A program made the position numbers and the translations under genes. A stretch of DNA of 64,000 nt from assembly GCA_950097015.1 (NCBI GenBank), contig CATNEN010000010.1, forward strand, positions 2,232,001 to 2,296,000, read 5' to 3'. Source of the DNA: Macrostomum hystrix. Taxonomy: Eukaryota > Animalia > Platyhelminthes. Below, piece after piece: positions 1 through 12,000 of this stretch (the stretch's first letter is position 1; the number at the start of each line of letters is the position of its first letter). The notes under the pieces are model-generated. The model was not told where the DNA came from. It did not search any database and saw only the letters and a list, made by a program, of their open reading frames with translations.

Positions 1-518
1 TGATGTGGCAATTTTTCCGGCATTTCGTATTCTCTGTTTACGGCCCGCGGGTCGATTTCAAGACCCAGTTTACACTTTTTGGCATTTTCTGCACTTCTGT
101 CTGGTACATGCAGCTACCGTATTTAATGCATTATAACTCCCCGCATTACCCGACTGAATCTGTTTCTATTTTCTAAAAAAAATGATTATAAAAATTGCAT
201 TTTCTCATTCAATACGCAAATCGCACTTATTTTCCTAACGGTGTACTTGACTGTCGTTTGCAGTTTTTTTCCAAACACATTTATTCTCTCCGCTTGCGCT
301 TCGATTAATTTGGCATCGACATAAACTAATTTACCCTAAAAACCAGCTTCTTCGACTGTTTTATGACTTTTTTAATTAACTGCGCTTGTGATTCGCTGGA
401 ATTGAGGGCAGTTACGGATAATGTAGACACGATGGTTCACTAGCAATGAGGAGAAATCATATGAAAGAGGAAATTAGACAGGTAATGGTAGTAGACGCAG
501 GGTAATTGATGGGTAAGG

Positions 519-641
519 TAGTAGACAGGCAGTGTGATAGACAGGCAGTGTAGTAGACAGGCAGTGTAGTAGACAGGCAGTGTAGTAGACAGGCAGTGTA
601 GTAGACAGGCAGTGTAGTAGACAGGTAGTGTAGTAGACAGG
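519..641. repeat. 16-bp minisatellite AGTAGACAGGCAGTGT, ~7 copies
   Basis: Direct reading; merges into the following 30-mer array. Confidence 0.9.
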
Positions 642-649
642 TGGGGAGG

Positions 650-1701
650 ATACAGTTGGCTAGTAGGCAGGGGTGTAGTATACAGTTGGCTAGTAGGCAG
701 GTGTGTAGTATACAGTTGGCTAGTAGGCAGGTGTGTAGTATACAGTTGGGTTAGTAGACAGGTGTGTAGTATACAGTTGGGCTAGTAGGCAGGTGTGTAG
801 TATACAGTTGGCTAGTAGGCAGGTGTGTAGTATACAGTTGGCTAGTAGGCAGGTGTGTAGTATACAGTTGGCTAGTAGGCAGGTGTGTAGTATACAGTTG
901 GGCTAGTAGGCAGGTGTGTAGTATACAGTTGGGCTAGTAGGCAGGTGTGTAGTATACAGTTGGCTAGTAGGCAGGTGTGTAGTATACAGTTGGGTTAGTA
1001 GACAGGTGTGTAGTATACAGTTGGCTAGTAGGCAGGTGTGTAGTATACAGTTGGCTAGTAGGCAGGTGTGTAGTATACAGTTGGGCTAGTAGGCAGGTGT
1101 GTAGTATACAGTTGGGCTAGTAGGCAGGTGTGTAGTATACAGTTGGCTAGTAGGCAGGTGTGTAGTATACAGTTGGCTAGTAGGCAGGTGTGTAGTATAC
1201 AGTTGGCTAGTAGGCAGGTGTGTAGTATACAGTTGGGCTAGTAGGCAGGTGTGTAGTATACAGTTGGGCTAGTAGGGCAGGTGTGTAGTATACAGTTGGC
1301 TAGTAGGCAGGTGTGTAGTATACAGTTGGGGTTAGTAGACAGGTGTGTAGTATACAGTTGGCTAGTAGGCAGGTGTGTAGTATACAGTTGGCTAGTAGGC
1401 AGGTGTGTAGTATACAGTTGGGCTAGTAGGCAGGTGTGTAGTATACAGTTGGGCTAGTAGGCAGGTGTGTAGTATACAGTTGGCTAGTAGGCAGGTGTGT
1501 AGTATACAGTTGGTTAGTAGGCAGGTGTGTAGTATACAGTTGGGCTAGTAGGCAGGTGTGTAGTATACAGTTGGGCTAGAGGTGTGTAGTATACAGTTGG
1601 CTAGTAGGCAGGTGTGTAGTATACAGTTGGCTAGTAGGCAGGTGTGTAGTATACAGTTGGGCTAGTAGGCAGGTGTGTAGTATACAATTGGCTAGTAGGC
1701 A
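650..1701. repeat. 30-31-bp minisatellite TACAGTTGG(G)CTAGTAGGCAGGTGTGTAGTA, ~35 copies
   Basis: Direct reading; upstream of the CDC20 acceptor at 1755. Confidence 0.95.
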
Positions 1702-1799
1702 GTTGAGGTAACTAACCTGTTGGCCCAGATGAGTACAGTTAGATTCATCTCACAGTGGCAGACCCGACATGCTATCGCCGCGCGACTGAATTCCAGAAC

Positions 1800-4700
1800 A
1801 TGAGCGTCTCCCTGTCGCAGATTCTGGACCGCAAGCTCCGATTGGACTCGGTGCTGTCTTCGTCCTCGTCAGCGGCGGCTGGCGGCTCGCAGAAGCAGCG
1901 GCCGCTGGGCGATCACCTGCAGCAGCAGCAGCGGTCCAATCGCAGCCTGTCTCGCAAGGGCAGCTGCCCAGGCCTGCTGGAGGTCAGCCAGGTCACGAAT
2001 GCCAGCGTCGGCTCGCGGAACGCATCCACCTCCAGCCACCGAGCCAGTGCCTGCAGTCCGATCAGCGAGGCTGCTGGCAGGTCGGCTACGAAGTCCGGCA
2101 GCGGCCGTCGGCGCCAGCGGAAAAGTCGCAGCGCCAGCAACAGCGGCGCCGCAGGCGGTCCCGGCCGGCTCAGCCGATCCAACAGCCTCTCGGACGGCGG
2201 CGACCGCTTCATCCCCAGCCGGCACCCGGACGCCATCGAAGCCACCAGGCAGGCGCTCAGCTCGGCCAACACCACGCCAGACAAGAGTCTCAATGGTAGC
2301 CTCAATGCTAGTGGCAGCAGCGGAGGCGGCGGCAACGGAAATATGAAGCGAGTCTATACTCAGGCTCTTGCCGATGTACTCACCAACGGCATCATTCAGG
2401 GCGAGCAGGTAAACGGGGCTTCCTGCCTACTGTCACTCCCTGTTACCTGTCTCACCCCTCTGATACCTGTGAAGCCATTCTGATCACTGTCTCACCCCTC
2501 TGATACCTGTGAAACCCCTCTGATACCCGTGAAACCCCTCTGATGCCTGTGAAACCCCTCTGATAGCTGTGAAACCCCTCTGATACCTGTGAAACCCCTC
2601 TGATACCTGTGAAACCCCTCTGATGCCTGTGAAACCCCTCTGATACCTGTGAAACCCCTCTGATGCCTGTGAAACCCCTCTGATGCCTGTGAAACCCCTC
2701 TGATGCCTGTGAAACCCCTCTGATACCTGTGAAACCCCTCTGATGCCTGTGAAACCCCTCTGATACCTGTGAAACCCCTCTGATGCCTGTGAAACCCCTC
2801 TGATACCTGTGAAACCCCTCTGATGCCTGTGAAACCCCTCTGATGCCTGTGAAACCCCTCTGATGCCTGTGAAACCCCTCTGATACCTGTGAAACCCCTC
2901 TGATGCCTGTGAAACCCCTCTGATACCTGTGAAACCCCTCTGATGCCTGTGAAACCCCTCTGATACCTGTGAAACCCCTCTGATGCCTGTGAAACCCCTC
3001 TGATGCCTGTGAAACCCCTCTGATACCTGTGAAACCCCTCTGATACCTGTGAAACCCCTCTGATACCTGTGAAACCCCTCTGATACCTGTGAAACCCCTC
3101 TGATATCTGTGAAACCCCCTGTGATAGCTGTCTCACCCCTGTGATCACTGTCTCACCCATCTGCCGCATGTGTACTGTCCCAACCTATCTATAGTTTAAT
3201 CATTCCAAAGCAAGCGTACATTCCTCTCAGATAAGGAACAGCTGTCATGATTGGTGTCTTTTAAACAGCGATAATTTTGACGCATGCTTGATAGCCCTAG
3301 GAAGTCAAGATATAAGATAAGCAGTTGATTGACTGCTGGCTGCGATCTGTGATGATGGTGGAATCGCGCTTAAAAAAGCAATCCTTTCTCGATTTGTTCG
3401 CCCGTGTAAACGCTACCAGCCCCTCCACAATTCAGGCAGCTGACAACTTAAATTTAGTCTCTTTCAAGCCGGCATTATCATGCGAGTTGAGGCCCCCGAC
3501 TGTGACAAGCAGCTGTTGCTAGGCAGAGAATGCCTAGCGCTGCTCCGAAGCCAATGAAGCCGAATTCTTTGCTCCTCTCTTCATTCCTAATCCTCAGGGG
3601 CGTGGCCGGGTCCGTGATACATGTCACAGCTGCTGGGTGTGACGCTCTTTGCCGTGAGGAGGGGATTTGGGATGGGGATAAGGGGTGCCAGGTAAGCAGG
3701 AGCATTCACATGAATTGGCGCCTGACAAATGGGATGGCTTGCTTGCAGTATTTTTATGCCAGGCGCACTTTTCCGATGTGAGCTGTGCAACTTTTACACG
3801 ACAGTTTTCTTTGCGTTCATCGGCCTCTGTCTCTACACGGTTGATTGCTAAGGCTGTGCATTGCTTAGACTAAAAATCTGTGACATAGAAACCAAATTTT
3901 ATCTGCCTAGCAACTAATGATTCTATTCACCTAGCACTCAAAACTATATCGCTTGGCAACCAATAAGTGTATCTCCATAGCAACAAATCATCCTATCCGC
4001 CTAGCAACAAATCATCCTATCCGCCTAGCAACAATCATCCTATCCGCCTAGCAACAATCATCCTATCCGCCTAGCAACAATCATCCTATCCGCCTAGCAA
4101 CAATCATCCTATCCGCCTAGCAACAAATCATCCTATCCGCCTAGCAACAATCATCCTATCCGCCTAGCAACAATCATCCTATCCGCCTAGCAACAATCAT
4201 CCTATCCGCCTAGCAACTAATCATCCTATCCGCCTAGCAACAATCATCCTATCCGCCTAGCAACAATCATCCTATCCGCCTAGCAACTAATCATCCTATC
4301 CGCCTAGCAACTAATCATCCTATCCGCCTAGCAACAATCATCCTATCCGCCTAGCAACAATCATCCTATCCGCCTAGCAACTAATCATCCTATCCGCCTA
4401 GCAACAATCATCCTATCCGCCTAGCAACAATCATCCTATCCGCCTAGCAACTAATCATCCTATCCGCCTAGCAACAAATCATCCTATCCGCCTAGCAACA
4501 ATCATCCTATCCGCCTAGCAACAATCATCCTATCCGCCTAGCAACAATCATCCTATCCGCCTAGCAACTAATCATCCTATCCGCCTAGCAACAATCATCC
4601 TATCCGCCTAGCAACAATCATCCTATCCGCCTAGCAACTAATCATCCTATCACCGTAGCACTCACACTGTACTAGATCACTAAGATCCCTCCGCTAAGCA

Positions 4701-6304
4701 ACCAACGTTAAGTCCTTACCCACTCCTTTCACGGCAGGCCCGCATTCTGACTCACACGGCGGGCGCTCCGCAGCCGAGCGCCTCTGCCTACCTGACGTCG
4801 GCTACCGCGAAGACTGCGCCCCGTCCGCGCAAGTTGCCAACAACGGCCGAACGCACACTGGACGCGCCAAACCTTGTCAACGATTACTACTTGAACCTGT
4901 TGGACTGGAGCTCCGAAAACATATTGGCCTGTGCCCTGGGCGAATCCGTCTATCTGTGGAACGGCGGCGATGGCAGCATTACTCACCTGGTCGATCTTGC
5001 CACCTTTGACAACGCCACTGGCTTTGTTGCCTCAGTCAAATGGGCGCCAGTTAGCAACTATTTGGCCGTGTCCGACAACCTCGGCGACGTCTACCTGTTT
5101 GACGTCAACACGCAGCGAGCCGTGCGGCGCATGCGACCCGCCGCCGACGTTGGCCGCGTGTCGGCGCTGAGCTGGCGCGAACACCTGCTCTCCAGCGGCA
5201 GCCGGTGGGGCCTACTGCGCCACGCTGATGTCCGCCAGGCCAACTGGCTGGTTGGCAGCGCCCAGTTCACACCCAGGAGGTCTGCGGCCTGGCCTGGTCC
5301 CCGGACGGGCATCACCTGGCTTCTGGCGGCAACGACAACCTGGTCGCTGTCTGGGGCTTCGACGTGGCCGCCGAGGCACCGCTGCACGTCATGACGCATC
5401 ACCAGAGCGCCGTCAAGTCGCTGGCCTGGTGCCCCTGGAAGCAGAACCTGCTAGCCACTGGCGGAGGCAGCATTTGCAAGCACATGCGATTCTGGAATGC
5501 ACGCACTGGCGCTCACGTGGCTAGCGTCGATACCGGCAGTCAGGTGCGATATTTTCACTGCTGTGACTTGGCCCTGTGCCTTGGCCCTGTGCCTTGGCCC
5601 TGTGCCTTGGCCCTGTGCCTTGGCCCTGTGCCTTGGCCCTGTGCCTTGGCCCTGTGCCTTGGCCCTGTGCCTTGGCCCTGTGCCTTGGCCCTGTGCCTTG
5701 GCCCTGTGCCTTGGCCCTGTGCCTTGGCCCTGTTTGTGCCTGCTGCCTTGGCCCTGTGCCTTGGCCCTGTGCCTTGGCCCTGTGCCTTGGCCCTGTGCCT
5801 TGGCCCTGTGCCTTGGCCCTGTGCCTTGGCCCTGTGCCTTGGCCCTGTGCCTTGGCCCTGTGCCTTGGCCCTGTGCCTTGGCCCTGTGCCTTGGCCCTGT
5901 GCCTTGGCCCTGTGCCTTGGCCCTGTGCCTTGGCCCTGTGCCTTGGCCTATTTAGAGGGAGTTAAATCGGCTAATCAGATCTCTAATGGTCCATCCTGCA
6001 GGTTTCCGGGATTGTGTGGAATGAGGAATACCGCGAGCTGGTGTCCAGTCACGGCTACTCCGAGCACCAGCTCACCGTGTGGAAGTACCCGGAGCTCAGC
6101 AAGGTGGCGGACCTGCTGGGCCACTCGGATCGCGTGCTCTGCCTGGTCGGCTCGCCGGACGGCGAACGGGTGGCCAGCGCCAGCTCGGACGAGACGCTGC
6201 GCATCTGGCGCTGCTTTGAGTTGGACGCCAAGCGGGCCGCCAAGAAGAAAAAAGCGGCCGCCCAGCGCGACGAACGGACCTACTCGCTGGCGGCGCTGCG
6301 GTGA
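1800..6304 (+). CDS. CDC20: Cell division cycle 20 (fizzy), APC/C co-activator, WD40 protein; 3 coding exons; 1-nt frameshift in exon 2 as assembled
   Basis: Exons 1800-2408, 4738-5543, 6002-6304 (GT-AG, phase 0/0). C-box DRFIPSR; [19 protein letters not shown]; [24 protein letters not shown]; [11 protein letters not shown]; [14 protein letters not shown]; [15 protein letters not shown] (DYY and WRCF favour CDC20 over Cdh1); C-terminal LR tail. Spliced length 1718 nt, one short of a codon multiple. Confidence 0.92.
2446..3145. repeat. 20-bp minisatellite CCTGTGAAACCCCTCTGAT(A/G), ~33 copies
   Basis: Direct reading; CDC20 intron 1. Confidence 0.95.
3977..4650. repeat. 23-24-bp minisatellite CAACAATCATCCTATCCGCCTAG, ~29 copies
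   Basis: Direct reading; CDC20 intron 1; degenerate copies at both edges. Confidence 0.95.
5568..5949. repeat. 13-bp minisatellite TTGGCCCTGTGCC, ~29 copies
   Basis: Fills most of CDC20 intron 2 (5544-6001). Confidence 0.95.
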
Positions 6305-8003
6305 AGCAGAAAACTGCCGGGGTGAACTGAGCAACTGCACAATTTACTTTTACGATACAGTGCTTGCAATTTCCTCTATCGATTCAGATCAAGCCGTGCA
6401 CTGACTACTCAGCTGGTCGCATTTCCTGTGTCCGATTGTCCGCGAATTTTTGTACTCACTCCGCTATTTTCTTAACTTTATTATTTTCATTTTTTAATCC
6501 ACGACGTTCCTTTTCCTGCTTTTCTACTTTAAGTGGTGGGCAGTTAGTCAGCAATTTTCTAATATTTTATAACGCAGCTTCAAAGACGCTTAATAGTCAA
6601 ATTGCATTGCCGTCTTACTATTTCTGGTGCTACGCTCGTACGTCTCTTATTTACAGCCAAAGTATTCTACCGTGTGCGCGATATTTATGCCCTTAAAATC
6701 AAAGTAATCTTTATTTTATTGATCGTTTATATGTATTTTAGTTCCATATTTAACGCAAATAATTGAATTTGAAATACACTAACAACAATCTGCGCAGGTT
6801 GCTACATTTTCAGCCACTCGCAATCGATCAATTTTAATCTCGATTGAATCTTGGCTACACAGCTGCTCTGCATTTTGCCTTCACTCGTTTTTTTATCTCA
6901 GCCTGGAGCAGGCAGTCCTTCCCATTGTGCTGAACTCTGTGCGCAGAGATATGTAAGAAGCGCCCATCACGTCTGACTCATTGTCAAGCAGTAAATCCAC
7001 CCTCTTTGGGGTGACCCTCTTATGTCTGCACAGCAAGCCCCTAAGCCCCCTTATTAATGTACTCTAAGCGAACTCATAGACGAGCTTATGCATTACAGCT
7101 CCGTAACCTCCTGCCTGTTGTGTAAAAAACATTTTCCTCTGCCGCATCGGATGGGGCGCAGTGCTAGTCCTTTATACTAATTTCCTCCCCTCCCGGCGGG
7201 TTGCCTCTGTAGCGAATTCCGCTGACAGCGCACGTCGCCATGACAACAAAAAAGCCACTCGTCGTCGCCCACTTGAACTATCAGCGCAGCCGCTAGTTCT
7301 TGTAGTGGGGCTTGTGCCTTCTGCAGCCCTGGGCGGAGCAGCCGCTGCTGAAGTGCCCTTTGCCCGTCTGAGAGCCTCCGGTCTGATTTCTTGCGCTCAG
7401 CAATTAAAATACATTTCTTTGACTGCCAGGGTAGCGCGGAGTCGTGCAGGAAGGAACTGAAGTAGAAATTCAATTCAGAGAGCGCCCTTTCACCACGAGA
7501 GCGAAAGAAGCTGGATTTCACTCTTCGTTGAATTTCTCTTTTTCCACATCTCTTTCTCCCACTCAAATTCCGGCATTCCAATTGAATTTTTTCTCTTTAT
7601 CCCTCTCAGGTACCGCAGACATCAGTGAGATTAGGCCCGGGTGCGTAGCAGTCGGGTAGTCAAGGAAGTCCGACTGCAGCTTCATCGCCAGCTGCCGTCA
7701 ATTAGTGGCTTGGTCGCACCGGGGGCGAAGTCCTCCCGGCTCACGCAATCTCCGATTTCCCTTTAGCGCTCTCTCGTTCCTCCGTCTCAATTCTCGCCCA
7801 TTCTTATCCCCATGCGCCCCGCGACTGCTCAGGCCAGCTCACTTTGCACGCCGCGACAAAAGCTGCTGGGCGAGACGGGCGCAGGTGGAAAGTTGAACGA
7901 AAGCGGTCAAAGCCACCCAGATTTGCCGTACAATGGGCCACGCGTAGCCTCTGGCCCTGCCTTCCCTGTCTCAGTAATTTATTGAGGCGTTTGTGCGTGC
8001 ACT

Positions 8004-8102
8004 GTCTTTCTGTCCATCTGTCTGTCTGTCTGTCTATCCATCTGTCCGTCTGTCTGTCTGTCTATCCATCTGTCTGTCTGTCTGTCCATCCATCTGTCTG
8101 TC
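8004..8102. repeat. Compound (TCTG)/(TCCA) microsatellite
   Basis: Direct reading. Confidence 0.85.
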
Positions 8103-9067
8103 TCCTATCAGTATGTCTGTGTGCCTATTCGTTCTATTTCGATTAAACGCACGCACGTAAGTGCTGTCCCTGGACAATTTAAGTCCGAGAGCTTCGCAAA
8201 ACGAAGCAATAAGCGGAGGACACTGGAGCTTGTCGTATGCCGCGCCGGGGGGAAATAAGAGGTTCATAATCATCTTGCACTGCAGACTGGAGTGAATTGC
8301 ACATTCCCAGGAAGCTCGGAATGCCAAGTGTAGCTTATCTGGAACTGCACGGAGTTTCGCCGCATCCCGTGGCCCACCCAGCTTGTTCGCCCCGCCTGTT
8401 CCAGAGGCGCGCGTCACGGTAAGGAGAGACAGACGCGAGGCCTAGCAGCTGTGATATCGGTCAGCGGATAGAATGAGGGCACGCGGGGAATTTCTGCGGG
8501 CCGCGAGTTTGACCCAGCCCCCAGCCAGTTTCACCTTCGGCAGCAAAGTGCAGAAGGCGCTGCCCAGTCGCGATCAGCCGGCAGAAGAGCCGCATAACAT
8601 CACTCTCTGCACAAGGCTCTCGTTCTTCAGTCGCGCGATCTGTTTCGGCCTCGTCAGCTTTTGCGCAAAACCCCCCATCCACCCCAGATCCCTGGAGCCA
8701 ACAATCCCTCAGCTGCCGCGCTCGCCCTGCCCCGCTGCCCCCTGCCCTATTCAGGCTCAGCGACTGCGGTCTTCTCTGCCCGCTTCCAAGCAGCCCCTGA
8801 AACTGCTGCCTGGCCCGTCATTGGCTGAGCAGCCCGGTGATGCAGGAAGTGGAGCGAACGGGAGGCGGGTGAGGGAGCAGAGGGTGCGATGGTAACCAAC
8901 CTTTTATCCCCTTTCATCCACTCCCCCTTCTCCTCCGGATCTGTCGCTACCTTGTAAAGTTCAGTTGCGCTCCAAGCCTTCAACAACGGAGCCCTCGCTA
9001 CCTGCTCAAAGCGGCAAGAAGCATGCGCAATTAGCACTGACTGCCGAGTTGAGCCCAACCACTGGAC

Positions 9068-12000
9068 ATGACCAACTTGATTCTGCTGCTCCTGCTGGTC
9101 CTCCTGTGGCCAGCGGCTCAGGCCGTCAAACGCGATGCCAACGGCACCTGCGCCTCCCTGGCGAACGTCTCCTGCAAACCGGGCATTGTGCTGCCGATCT
9201 GGCTGCCAGCTGACAACCTCAGCCTCGGCGACAAGGTGGCCCGCGCCATCGTCTACATGGCCATGCTGGTGTACTGCTTCCTCGGCGTCTCCATCATCGC
9301 CGATCGCTTCATGGCAGCCATCGAGGTCATCACCTCCAAGGAGAAGGACGTTGTCGTGAAGCTAAAGGACGGTACCAAGCAGGTCATCAGCGTGCGCATC
9401 TGGAACGAGACGGTCAGCAACCTAACGCTGATGGCACTCGGATCCTCGGCGCCTGAGATTCTGCTCTCAATCATCGAGATCTGCGGCAAAGGCTTTGTTG
9501 CCGGCGACCTTGGCCCCGGCACCATCGTGGGCAGCGCCGCCTTCAACCTGTTCGTCATCATCGGCCTGTGCGTGTACGTCGTGCCAGACGGTGAGATCCG
9601 GCGCATCAAGCACCTGACAGTCTTCTTTGTTACGGCCACATTCTCCATCTTCGCCTACATGTGGCTCTACATCATCATCGCCGTGACCTCACCCGGCCTT
9701 GTCACAGTCTGGGAGGGCCTCGTTACCTTCGCCTTCTTCCCGCTGACCGTCCTGCTGGCCTACGTCGCCGACACGAAGATCTTCTTCAAGCACTTCCTGC
9801 AGAAGCGGTACGTGGCTCGCAAGGCCCACCAGCGGGACGGCGGGGACGCGGAGTTGCAGAACAGCCTCGGCGCTGCCGGCGGCGGCGATTCGGCCAACGC
9901 TGTCGATGGAGCCGACGCAGCCGCTGGCGACGATGACAACGAGTTCGAGCGGCACCGGCACGAGTACATCGAGCTGCTGCGCGAGATTCGCAAGAAGCAC
10001 CCGAACATGGAGCCCAAGGCCCTGGAGGAAATGGCCCAGATCGAGGTGCTCAACCGGGGCCCGAAGTCGCGCGCCTTCTACCGCATGCAGGCCACCCGGC
10101 AGCTGACCGGCTCCGGCAACGTCATCAAGAAGTCCAAGGTCGAGCGTCGGTTGTCGGTCTCGGAGGCGGATCACGCCGCCGCCTGCGAGCCGGTGGACCC
10201 GACCCTGCAGCTCATCTTCTTCGACCCGGGCCACTACACCGTGATGGAGAACGTCGGCAGCTTCAACCTGACCGTCACCCGGGAGGGCGGCGATCTCAAC
10301 ACCCGCGTCAAAGTCGACTACGAGACCGTGAACGGCACAGCCGAGGCTGGCGAGGATTTCGACTACGCCAAGGGCACCCTGACCTTCTACGCCGGCGAGC
10401 GCCACTGCCGATTCAGCCTCAACATCATCGACGACGACGTGTTTGAGGAGGACGAGCACTTCTACGTGGAGCTGTCCAACATCCGGGTTGAAGGCGGCCG
10501 GCCCGACTCCAGGGTTGTTCTGGCCGACCCCTGCCGCGCCACAGTCATGGTGCTGGACGACGATCATTCTGGCGTGTTCCACTTCGAGGAGGCCGAGAAA
10601 ACTGTCGGCGAGTCGGTCGGCGATGCCGAGATCAAAGTCGAGCGGACATCGGGTGAGCGGTGCAGCTAGTTCAGTGTGTGGGGAATCAGGTGTGTGGGGA
10701 ATCAGGTGTGTGGGGAATCAGGTGTGTGGGGAATCAGGTGTGTGGGGAATCAGGTGTGTGGGGAATAAGGTGTTTGGGGAACCAGGTGTGTGAGGAATCA
10801 AGTTTTTGAATTCTAACCTGTAGGAATTAAAGTGCGGCTGTTCTGAGCGTATGTATCCAAAGTGTTAAATCCTACTATTTATTGCCACTTGAGTTGCCTG
10901 ATCTCTCATGATCCCTGAACTCCTGGGTGGTCCGTAGGGAGCCGCTCGTCCTTGTGCTGAGAGAAGTGATTGCCAGAAACTATGAACATGGCTAGCAGTC
11001 CTGTTCACTGGCAGGTGTCTTGTGCCCTGCCAGTCCTGTCTCGCCAGATCCCACAGCAGGCTGAGAGCTGAAGCTGGACCGTGTCACACCCACGGAGCTC
11101 CGATTTCGACATGCAACCGTGTTGGCGGCTGCTCGGGTTTCCTCAGTTTAAAAGTGCTCGCAAGACTTTGTTCTTCTCCAGACCCTGAGCAGAAACCCTA
11201 TCCGAGCTGGCCTGATCTGGCATTGATTGGAAACCGGACAGGGCGAATCCGCACAGCCCCCCAGATCATGCCGGTTATTAAAAACTAAACTCTGCCGCAA
11301 CGACGATCGATATCCCATTTTTCGTGCCTATTCCCGGCTTGTTTGGCGACGGCGGTGACGCGAGACGGAGTTCAGAACTCACAACTTATGGGACGGAAAT
11401 TGGTGGAACTGTCCCGGTCTCTCCAGATCCCCATCTTCGACAGAAGAAATGAGGCTGGGCTGAGAAGAAAAATTCCCATTTAGAACAACGGGCGGGGCCC
11501 CCTGCCCGCTTGTTGGCCTCGAGTGCTTCGGGGAGTTGCGAGTTCGTTCAGAGCTCCCTGTCTGCAGCAGCGCCATCTCCTCCTGCTTCTAAACGATTTC
11601 GCCTCTTTCGCAGGAGGCCGGCAAGGGGCACTTTCGCTGCCCGGGGGGAGGTGAAGGTAAGGAAAAAGCTTAAAAGTGCATCTCCCAGTCCTAGAGCCCA
11701 CTTGTCCCGATAAATCAGGGAGAACTTCATGGGGCAAAGTCGGTCAGGAGAGAGAGGGAAAGAGGTGGAGAGAGTGTGGGAGCCGGGCACTGCTGTGTCC
11801 TGTGGTTTTCAACTGCTGCCAGCACTCTATAACAAGCTTTGAGGCTGCAGTCCACAGCAAGGCTGAGCTGCTCCCACATGGGATCCGGCCCGGTGGTCTA
11901 AGAGTGCAAGGCCTAGCACCAACTGCTGCAGGAGAAACTCCCTTGCTGCAGCGACTTCCTTGCTGAGAAACTCCAGGCAAGACGTGCCTGCTGGATTTCA

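Noticed and set aside
482-1755. 5' UTR intron of CDC20 (GTAATG donor at 482, CACAG acceptor at 1755)
   Set aside because: The acceptor is plausible, but the donor lies in the decayed edge of the repeat and cannot be distinguished from repeat-derived sequence; not annotated.
5230-5268. Micro-intron (GT-AG of 8 or 29 nt) or programmed -1 frameshift rescuing CDC20
   Set aside because: Both introns are far shorter than the smallest seen here (66 nt), and the 29-nt one deletes the conserved DVR. There is no X XXY YYZ slippery heptamer.
7177-7581. 134-aa minus-strand ORF between CDC20 and NCX
   Set aside because: No recognisable domain, non-ATG start, and no supporting exon chain.
9689-10582. 297-aa antisense ORF and other ORFs overlapping NCX exon 1
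   Set aside because: Shadow ORFs from GC3-biased codon usage of the real gene.
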